In this document: positions 52,191-64,000 of the stretch, piece after piece
How the letters are laid out: every line of letters begins with the position of its first letter
Numbering within the stretch: position 1 is the stretch's first letter
The notes under the pieces: generated by a model
Seen by the model: the letters and a program-made list of their open reading frames with translations, nothing else
What the model was told of the DNA's origin: nothing
The model's database searches: none
Position numbers and translations under genes: made by a program
NCBI RefSeq assembly: GCF_006345805.1
Contig: NC_043007.1
Coordinates: 8,432,001-8,496,000, forward strand
Origin: Octopus sinensis
Lineage: Eukaryota
Direction of reading: 5' to 3'
DNA: 64,000 bases

Positions 52191-52590
52191 GGCGGCGAGC
52201 TGGCAGAAACGTTAGCACGCTGGACGAAATGCGTAGCCGTATTTCGTCTGCCGTTACGTTCTGAGTTCAAATTCCGCCGAGGTCGACTTTGCCTTTCATT
52301 CTTTCGGGGGTCGATTAAATAAGTACCAGTAATCACTGGGGTCGATATAATCGACTTAATCTGTTTGTCTGTCCTTGTTTGTCCTCTCTGTGTTTAGCCC
52401 CTTGTGGGTAGTAAAGAAATAGGTATTTCGTCTGTCTTTATATTCTGAGTTCAAATTCCGTCGAGGTCGACTTTGCCTTGCATCCTTTCGGGGTCGATAA
52501 ATTAAGTTCCAGTTGCGTACTGGGGTCGATCTAGTCGACTGTCCCCTCCCCCCAAATTTCAGACCTTGTGCCTAGAGTAGAAAAGAATAT
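52191..52590 (+). mobile_element. Dimeric OR-like tRNA SINE
   Basis: GGCGGCGAGCTGGCAGAAACGTTAG head, GAGTTCAAATTCC B box, tail ...GTAAAGAAATAG (52422) joined to GTATTTCGTC + core + tail B. Confidence 0.88.
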
Positions 52591-52769
52591 TCTACCCATA
52601 TATTAGCAGTTAGGTGATTGAATCACTGAGTACTCATTGTCGAAGAAACGAATACTCCACACTAACAGCGGAATCGGTCGCACCATCAGAAATGTTCGTA
52701 TCTCAGTTTTTTTTAAATACTTTTTGTTGAAGGGTGAACACTCTCTCAGTATTGAAATGTTAGACTCGC

Positions 52770-53305
52770 AGTACCGAAGAATAAGACCACAAAACTTTAG
52801 ACGTTCTGCTCTGCGTTGAAGAATAAGACCAAAAGGAAAACGTTAGACTTTCTACACTGTATTGAAGAATACGACCAAAAATGGCAGCCATTTTACTCTG
52901 TGTTGAAAAATAAGACCAAAAGACATTAGTTAGATAATCGCTTCTGTAGTAAAGATTATTTGCCAACATAACATGGCTGTCCTGGTTTAGGACGAATGTT
53001 GCTGTAATTTAGTCCCGGAAGACATCGTCTCCAGCTGACTCTACGACACGATCTCTATACGATGTCTCCTGGGGCCAAATTACAGCAACATTCATCCTAA
53101 ACCAGGACTGCCATGTTATCTTGGCAAATAATCTTTATTCCAAAGTACTGTCGCTGAATATCTCTCGTTGTGAGATTTACAAATAGTAATTTTCTAATCG
53201 CTACTGTGTTTAAGATTAAGACCACAAAGCGCTGAAATTTTTAATGTGTTGAAGAATAAGGAGACAAAACATTAGACTTTCGATTTTGTATCGAAGAATA
53301 AAATC
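52770..53305. repeat. Degenerate ~40-45-bp minisatellite (GAAGAATAAGACCA...TTAGAC) interrupted by a MITE
   Basis: The motif GAAGAATAAGAC recurs on both sides of the hairpin element at 52952-53135. Confidence 0.6.
52952..53135. mobile_element. Hairpin MITE with ~76-bp TIRs, TA-flanked
   Basis: AAGATTATTTGCCAACATAACATGGCTGTCCTGGTTTAGG... is mirrored by ...CCTAAACCAGGACTGCCATGTTATCTTGGCAAATAATCTT; TA at 52950-52951 and 53136-53137. Confidence 0.85.
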
Positions 53306-54181
53306 ACCAAATGTTGGGATTTCAACTCTCTCTTGAAAAGCAAGCCCACAAAAAGGCATTCTTTCTGATGAATGGCAAAGCCCCGAAACCTTAATCTTTC
53401 TGCTCCTAATGGCAACCGAAATAAGCTGACATTCAACGACACTCTTTTCAATGATTTATTCTTGCTAACACAAGACCTCACCAGTGTTCATGAATTTAGA
53501 ATTTTATCCAAGTTGCGTGGTATCCTACCAACGAGAATATTCCCGCTGAGAATACCCGACCAAACTAATCCGTGAACTTGTGAGTTCTTTACCTAAAGTA
53601 ATCAATATTTACACACTTGAAATCAAATTAGTTTTTTTAAAACTTCCTGCCAGGTTAACAACCATTTCCCCTTCAAGTTTATGTTGAATACAAAAATAAA
53701 ACAAGTCCCTCTGCAAGGAAATGGCGCATCATTGAAAAACAGTTGTAAAAAGAGAAAAGAACAAAAACGAAACACAAAAAAGAAACAAAACAAGCAACAA
53801 CGATTGTAATAAAAATAATAATAATTTAGCGGTTACTTAGAACATTAAATATTTAATCTTTCAAGCGATTCCATATCAACATTTTACAAAGATATTTTAT
53901 GGTTGTCATCACTAAAAAATTTATTTTAGTGCATATTTAATGATTTTTATCTTAACTCGAACAAACGCGCAGATTTTTTTTTAATAAAAGTACATTTTTT
54001 TCTCATAATGGAGTTTTGATGGTGTTGGCGGTGGTAACTGCGCTGCAAAGAAATGCCTTTACCGTTTCATATTTGCATACATTAACTATTATCTGTCTGT
54101 CTGTCTGTCTGTCTATCTGTCTAGTTAGTTGTTAGCGTACACATTAGGGCTGCTTCATGAGTCTTTCTTTCTTTCTTTCTT

Positions 54182-54221
<40 letters not shown>

Positions 54222-54710
54222 CGAAAATCTGTTCGAGATAAAATAGAATCCAAGAAAACTGTTGGTGGTATGCGTCAGTAAGACTTGCATTACCTAGAAA
54301 ACCAGCAGAACGAGTTCGGTGAAATTACTCTTTCTTTTCGTCATTATCTTGAAGAAGGACTCTCTCCGAAACGCTGGATTTCCTGCTCTCCACGGAAATT
54401 TCACTGTAATACCTCCGTCGATTTTGATACATACATAATGCGTACGCACGTATGTATGTACGCACGTATGTATGTATGTACCTTGTATGTATGTATGTAT
54501 GTATGTATGTATGTATGTATGTATGTATGTATATCAGTATCAACAAGGTCATCTCATAGGTCGCCCCTGGCTTTGAACTAGCAGGATGTCATTCAGAGGA
54601 TCTTGAATACAAGACAATGGATGAGACCCTAATATTCATAGTTAGACGGAAACTACGGGACCACAGTGTGTAGAGCCCTGTCACTCATACAGTATGCGCA
54701 ACCGAAGCCC

Positions 54711-54764
<54 letters not shown>

Positions 54765-54804
54765 TATATATATATGCGTGTGTGTATGTATGTGTGTGTG
54801 TGTA

Positions 54805-54855
<51 letters not shown>

Positions 54856-55155
54856 TAAACTGGCGTATGTACAAATTTGACAAAATGCGTTTTTTTCAAT
54901 ATCTAATTTTACATGCAAAAGCCGGTTCTTTTGGTCAAACTATCGTATCTCCAGTTGCTTCAAAAATATCAAAAATTGTCAAAGTGTAGTACAATGGTTT
55001 TGCTATGGAATGGTGAAATTAGTTCTTCGTTTTCTGAAAAAGCAAGGTTTCTGACTTGCGACACTTTTGCATAATAGCATCGATACATACATACATACAT
55101 ACACATACATACATACATACATACATACATACATACATACATACATACAACAGTT

Positions 55156-57335
<2,180 letters not shown>

Positions 57336-57338
<3 letters not shown>

Positions 57339-57388
57339 AGAAGAAGAAGAAGAAGAAGAAGAAGAAGAAGAAGAAGAAGAAGAAGAAG

Positions 57389-57417
<29 letters not shown>
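57336..57417. repeat. Perfect (GAA)n, about 27 units
   Basis: Direct reading; abuts the Helitron 5' end. Confidence 0.95.
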
Positions 57418-57419
<2 letters not shown>

Positions 57420-57914
57420 GTGAGATCTTTTAACTTGATAAAAGAATTATGAAAACTTATTCAGGTGCAAACATTTTAAACTGTAAAGGAATCATGTTAC
57501 CATTTATTTGACTGTTTGCTATTTATTTACTTATTTAAATATTCTTCTTTTTGCGCTCATTTTAATTTTCTTTTTATGTCGCAATTTTAACCGATGAAAG
57601 AAATCCTACCGAATAATCACTTTGATTTACTCAATTTCATTTCTTTGTACTTTTAACGTCCATCTTGTCATTATCACCTTGCTTGATTTTTACCTTTTTT
57701 CTCCCACTTCCGATCTCCCTGCAGCGGTAAACAACCTCTCGTCGACATTAGCACTTGTACTATTCCTTCTTCCGCTTCTTTCTGCTCTTTATCATATTTT
57801 ATAAGCTTTACTCTCCATTCGCCTTTCCCTCCCTCCTCTTATGAATTTTGTCGATCTCTCTCCTCTGAAAAGAAAATACAACCCTCTTCCTCTTCAGCTT
57901 CCTCTCTCCCATTC

Positions 57915-57937
57915 TTTTCTACCTTTCTTTCTTTCCT

Positions 57938-57996
<59 letters not shown>

Positions 57997-58024
57997 CTCT
58001 TTCTTTCTTCCTTTCTTTCTTTTT

Positions 58025-58070
<46 letters not shown>
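57915..58070. repeat. (CTTT)n tetranucleotide tract
   Basis: Direct reading. Confidence 0.92.
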
Positions 58071-58075
<5 letters not shown>

Positions 58076-58439
58076 CCCTCTCTCCCTTCTCTCTCTCATC
58101 CCTATCGTTTCTTTTCCTTTCATTACTCACTCCTTGTTTTGCTTTCCCCACCCCCGCCTAGTTTGCACATTTTCTTTTATTTCCCTCCGCCTCCGCTGTC
58201 TGCTTATTTTAATCTTTCTTTCTCTCCATCTCTCTTTCTTCCCTATCTCCCCCCTCTCTCCCCCTTCCTCTCCATTCTACTTTAGACCATCCCTACATAT
58301 TTCCATTCTCGTCCGCCGCTTATCTTCTAGACTAACTGTTCTTAATCTTTTTATTTTGTAGCACCTTTTTTCAAGTAGTTCTTATGCTTAGCGCACACCT
58401 AAGCTAGCGAGTGAGGCATCACCACTTCAACTAACTTAA

Positions 58440-58592
58440 CGACGACGACGACGACGACGACGACGACCACCACCACCACCACCACTACCACCACCACACC
58501 ACTACCACCACCACCACCACCACCACCACCACCACCACCACCACCACCACCATCACCACGACCACGACCACCACAACCACCACCACTACCAT
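58440..58592. repeat. (GAC)n(CAC)n compound trinucleotide tract
   Basis: Direct reading. Confidence 0.9.
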
Positions 58593-58760
58593 CACTGAAC
58601 ACAATTATTGACTGTAATTTCCATTAATTTATTTTACTCGGAGTTTAGTTAAATACTGATTTATTTTCTGATTTATTTAAATGTTCAATGATTCCAGGCG
58701 CAAACATAACTACAAGAACCAATCAAATGAACGAAACTATTATTATTATTATTATTATTA

Positions 58761-58842
<82 letters not shown>

Positions 58843-58845
<3 letters not shown>

Positions 58846-59570
58846 TAGTTTTACTTTTATAGCGTGCTTTCACTTCACTACCGAGCGCAGCTCTGTGTGC
58901 CTTAGGTATGTGCTGTGATTTGTTGTGATGCTCTGATGGTTATTGTATGGAAAGTGTTCTGCGTAGGATGTGTGCAGTGCCTAGTAGTGCAATTTTCTGT
59001 ATGTTATATGTGTTTGTAAGTCCTGGTGTTTTTGTTATGTATTTGTCTGAATATTTTTTTATCATGCCTAATGCACCTACTATGATAGGAATTGTTCTGT
59101 TTTTAGATTCCACATTCTGGTTACCTCTATTTCCAGGTCTTTGTATTTTGAGAGTTCTCCATTTCTTTTAGAGATACGTTGTCATCTGCCGGTATTGATA
59201 CATCAATTAGAAAGCATTTTTTTTCTTCATGATCTCTGACAACTATATCTGGTATGTTGGCCTTAATTTCTCTATTTTTGTGTATCGGCATATCCCAGAG
59301 TATGGTTGCTTTCTCGTTTTCTGTGACCTTTTCTGGTGTGTGCCTATACCATCTTTTTTCTGTTGTTATTCCATAATATTGGCATAGCTTCCAATGTATG
59401 TAGGTTCCAACTCTGTCATGCCTGTGAATATATTCCTTCTTAGCCAGGACTGGGCAGCTAGAGATAATATGATTTTTTGTTTCTTGTCCATCTCCACATA
59501 TTCTGCAGTTACTTGTTATATTTCTTTTCATTACATGTTTTTGGTAATTTCTGGTGGGGAGGCTTTGGTC
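58843..59570 (-). mobile_element. 5'-truncated R4/Dong-like RLE non-LTR retrotransposon in (TAA)n
   Basis: DQSLPTRNYQKHVMKRNITSNCRICGDGQETKNHIISSCP (CCHC knuckle), then IPDIVVRD...LIDVSIP.D (PD..D restriction-like endonuclease). After two 1-nt frameshifts it continues KYKDLEIEVTRMW...IALLGTAHILRRTLSIQ* (stop 58940-58942). (ATT)n on both sides: 58738-58842 and 59571-59625. Confidence 0.9.
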
Positions 59571-59625
<55 letters not shown>

Positions 59626-60165
59626 GAGTGAGAGAGCAGTACATGCCATCAAAGTGACACTGGGGTAAAATATACGAAGCCCAGTATACCCATCATGAGT
59701 ACCCGTCTGCTAAGGGTACACTAGGCACATGCATCACAACCATATGTGCGCGACATGGTGATCTCATATCAAGATAAACAGCACATGACCAGTTAGAATT
59801 TTCTTCTGGTCGAGTAACCCATCCCGCTCAATAGGTCCCTGAATAAGGATTGTTTAAAGATGTTGAACGAAACACCCTGTTTCCAGAGGTGAATTATTCA
59901 AACCTCAAAGAATCCCTCTCAACACACGGCTATGATGCTCCCCTACTACTTGTGCTCGTGATCGGAGATGCACATATTGTCAGCCACTAAGGGACATGCT
60001 CAACTGGTTAAGGTCAATCAACCGACAGGCAAATCTGGGGTATTGAGCAGAATATTTGCTGTAGCCCATCTTTTATACCAAGACAAAACAATGTACATGA
60101 TAACACTTCCAATCAGTTAAGATCAGAAGCCATGAGAGCCACTGCCTGGTACTGCATCAGGGCAT
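59626..60165 (-). mobile_element. 540-bp non-coding element flanked on both sides by (TAA)n
   Basis: Sharp boundaries against (ATT)n on both sides and no convincing ORF; I recall it as a recurrent octopus repeat. Orientation is assumed from its neighbours. Confidence 0.55.
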
Positions 60166-60380
60166 TTATTATTATTATTATTATTCAGTAGTTTTATTTT
60201 GTTGTGAAAGCACAACAAAGAACAACTAATATTTGTACGCTTCTATTTAGGATTCTTCATCTTGCCATTCAAAATATGATTTTCTTTTTTCATTTTTGAA
60301 AGCAGTAACTTTATGTCTTTAAAGAACCTGTTGAGTGAGTCTCTGTCCGTCCGTCCGCTCATGCAAGCATCCATCCACCC

Positions 60381-60494
<114 letters not shown>

Positions 60495-60841
60495 AGGAGA
60501 GGAGGAGAGAGAGGAGAGTGTGAAAAGAGGAAAGAGTTGTGAACCAAACCGGAGATTGTGTTGAAGACAGACAGATTTGACCAGAAGGTCTTGAAGCATT
60601 TAGCTCTGAGCACAGAATATGAGAACCTGTCTGAAGGAATCTAAATTAGAGTTTGTCAGTATCTTCTTGTTTTGTGGTTAAATAGCCCCGAAAAAACCGG
60701 TTCACGTCTTGCTTTTATTTAACCTTAAGTCAAACCTGTAAGATGCATTTTTAAGGTAGAATTCAAGTACATGTATGTATGTATGTATGTATGTATGTAT
60801 GTATGTATGTATGTATGTATGTATGTATGTATGTATGTATG

Positions 60842-60875
<34 letters not shown>

Positions 60876-61256
60876 TGTGTGTGTGTATATATGCATGTTC
60901 TGGTTTATGTTGAAAATTTCTCACCATTAGAAAAAGAGTGGGCCTTAACGCAGAAAAAACAATACCCTTTCACCGAAATTCTAACAAGATTTATGTATTA
61001 AATTTTTTCGCATCAGTAACGAAAGAACTTGTTCTAACCCGAAACAACATTAAAAAGGAGTCTTTCACTGGAATTTAAATAAGTATTTATAAATAGAAAT
61101 TTTGGTTTTAGCTTCGAAATTTCTCACCAATAAAGAACCGGTTTCTAACTAAAAGAAGAGGGCTCTTTCATTGAATTTAAACAGCATATCTGTCTGTCTA
61201 CCTGCCTGTCTGCACGTCTGCATGTTTGCATGTATGTATGTATATATGTATGTATG

Positions 61257-61290
<34 letters not shown>

Positions 61291-61311
61291 TGTATGTATG
61301 TATGTATGTAT

Positions 61312-62780
61312 ACGTGCAGATTTGTATGTTTTTATGTATGTATTCTCATGCTTATAGTTGCATATCTAGACATGCTTATATATATTTAAATGATAAACTT
61401 CTGGAAAGATTTTACAGTCCCAGTGATAGAATTGGATCGGTAGTCTTCGAATTAGCTTTCTCCTTTCTGGTTTTGAGAAGCCTTATTTCTCAAGATTGGT
61501 ATTTAGGCAGTGTGTTACATATCCCCGAGCCTCAATAAGTACAGGTATAAACCTGAGCTTGTAATCTGGATAGAATAACTGTAGATTTCTCAATAGTTCA
61601 ACATAGGTGTTCTCTTTTTTACTGATCTTCAGCTTTATGTTAACATTCGCTGAGCGGCTAAATTCCACAACTGTAAACAGTTTCTCTTCTCTAACCCAAA
61701 CCATTGTGTCAGGTCTGTTGTGTTTTGAGGTTTTATTGAGGTTTTCACTGGGACATTCCATCAGTATTCCTTTTTATCGTGAGTGACTATGGCTTCTACC
61801 ATATTGTGGGTTCTTATTTCTTTGTCCTCGGAATTATCCTTTCGACGGATCTCGTTATACAGTGTCCTAGCTTCAACAACATGTCTCATCGGTAGATAGT
61901 ACCCTAATGTCATTTTCGGACAACTGCTTATGATGTGAGTGATATCTTCGGTGTTACCTTCTCAAAGTCTGTATCGGTTGTCACATTTTACTGCTTTTCT
62001 GCATCTCTATCCTTTTGTACATCAGGTATTTGGGTGATGTTCCTGTTCCTGGATTGCAAACGCATACCCTTCAAAATGGGAGTAGTAATCCGGCTATTGG
62101 TCCATGATAGACTGCTTTGATGACCGATGTTACTATCATCACGGAGCTTTCTACTAACATACCCATGCATAGTCTTCTGCTCATAAAGGCTCATCCTTTC
62201 CTCTAATGATACGTTGCGGTAGAGATGTACGACATCTTTGGGCATGTATTCTAGGTTATCAGAGAAAGAATGTTGCTCAAAGAGCTGCCTTCCAGGTATT
62301 ATGATGCTATCAGCCTCATCTATGCAAACTTGGTCAAGGGATGCACTTAGACGCTTTCTGGTTAAAAGATGTTGCCGAAGGGATATGATGCAACATCCAA
62401 AGGCACTTTGGATCGATGCTAAGCCTCTTCCTCCTTGTTTTCGTTTTAGATAGAGGTAATCTACGTTTATGTGGACATTATGTGTGCATGTTAGTATTTT
62501 TCAGGTTTTCACATCAATGGGTCGGACCTCTCCAAGCATCCAATGAAGCATCCCAAATGTTGGTATGAGTCCTGGCACTGCAAACACATTGTGGGCCATT
62601 GTTTTTATAGAATGCAGAGAATGCTGAGGACCAAATTTTCTTTATTCGGCTGTAATATTCTTTAGTGACAGGTGTTTTGTCATGGGCACCATTGTAAAAT
62701 CTTTTCATCCACCCCTAAAAAAATCCTTATGATCGTGAATAAAAGGCTTCTTCAGTTAATTCAGCTGAGGATTAACCATT
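61312..62780 (-). mobile_element. Decayed RLE-type non-LTR retrotransposon of a second family (RT thumb to endonuclease)
   Basis: - strand remnants: LGVDEKI-YNG..KEYYSRIKKIWSS; AVPGLIPTFGMLHW..IDVKT*KILT..YLYLKRKQGGRGL; EQKTMHGY; broken knuckle ..EDITHIISSCPKM..YYLPMRH; HNRPD..VVEFS..NIKLKISKKENTY. The 3' end runs into (CATA)n at about 61229-61310. Confidence 0.82.
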
Positions 62781-64000
62781 TATTTAACAGTAACTTGTTA
62801 AGTGGCGATGATATTTCAATGATTCTGGAGAAATGCGTTCAGAAACGCTTATATATATTCTATTCATGAGATTCTGGTCTGCAACTGACCGGTAGGTTTT
62901 CGCCATTTAATTGCCCTTGTGTTGAGTAATGTGTTTTGTTTCTTTCAACGCCTATCTGCTTAATAAATTTATAACAATAAGACACCTCCAATACAAGGTT
63001 AATTTTCTTCCTTCCAGAACCCGACAATCGAAACTTTCCCCACCGTTTTCTTACTCTGAAATTTTAGACCCCTAATCTTAAAGGCTATGCTATTGATGCT
63101 ATATGCTTTTGATGCAGTACAGGGGTAATATATTCCGAATCTCTTCAAACCAAGATTCATCTCAATTCAACTCCTTTCTCTCTTTCCAGATTGCTTTATT
63201 AAATCTCTCTTTATTTATCTATGAAATTGTTGATTGGTTTCGATTAAATTTATTATTATATTTTTTATAGCTACTCTCTTCTGATAATTGAGTTTTTCAA
63301 GGACAGATTTTCAGCTTTATTTATGAGGGATCAATTTATAATCAAAACTTTTCTTTTTATTACCTTCAAGCTTTATTTGTCACTTTCTATAATTTAGAAG
63401 TGTAATTGTGTGTTTGTTTGTTTAACCATTCCCACATAAACGATAGTATTTCTTAAATCACCGTATATCATCGATATTTTTTTCTTTTCTGAAAATCCAT
63501 CAGTGAGCTGGAAGAATTGTTACCGCATCAGACAAAATGCTTAGCGGCAGATCTTCCATTTTTACGCTGCAACTTCAAATGTCGCCGAAGCTGACTTTCG
63601 GTGTCGATTAAATAAGTACCAGCTATACACTGGGGTCAATGTAATCGACTAACCCCATCCCCACAAAATTTCAGACCTTGTGCTTATTGTTGAAGACTGT
63701 TATCATTTTCGCTGTTGCTTTGTTTTAAATAAGCTGTTCCAAGTCTCACCCAGAGATCTCCAGTAACAGCAAGTCGGGTGGTTTATTACGGGTGGTTTAT
63801 TACGGGTGTTATTTATAAGTAACTCTGATACACTGCAGGAAAAAGAGACCGGATACTGAGAATTACAATTTCATTAGGAGTTTGTTGTAATATTTGCTAT
63901 TTTGAAAGGGTTTAAAAGATTCAGATATTCTCTGGTTGACAGTGTCTTTCTTAGAATAGGGACTACTTGACAGGGTTCCTCTTATGATGTGGGTACTACT

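Noticed and set aside
52191-52280. tRNA gene
   Set aside because: It has A and B boxes but no cloverleaf, and it continues into the SINE core; it is a SINE head.
62672-62869. + strand RINHLF...DD resembling an RT catalytic motif
   Set aside because: It is on the opposite strand to the adjacent LINE, the spacing is wrong for the (Y/F)xDD box, and there are no flanking RT motifs.

Overview
AT-rich, microsatellite- and SINE-dense eukaryotic DNA; the repeat families resemble those I recall from octopus genomes, so the taxon is inferred, not shown. Two complete spliced genes are arranged tail-to-tail. A 7-exon VTI1B-type Qb-SNARE lies on + (ATG 10045 to TAA 26200, 217 aa). A 6-exon EFCAB2/DRC8 EF-hand dynein-regulatory-complex gene lies on - (ATG 39838 to TAA 29963, 171 aa). 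All splice junctions are GT-AG and phase-consistent. The first 4.69 kb is a homogeneous 64-bp tandem array derived from the internal subunit of a local interspersed repeat; its long ORFs are artefacts. The rest is mobile-element debris: tRNA-derived SINEs (often dimeric), three RLE-type non-LTR retrotransposon fragments, a Helitron 5' half with a decayed RepHel N-terminus, Tc1/mariner- and pogo/Tc2-type deletion derivatives, and hairpin MITEs. Most unusual: a 62-bp inverted pair of CCAAT-octamer-ETS modules (44409-45224), a head-to-tail train of elements inserted in a (TAA)n microsatellite (58738-60200), and an RFX X-box overlapping the EFCAB2 start codon.
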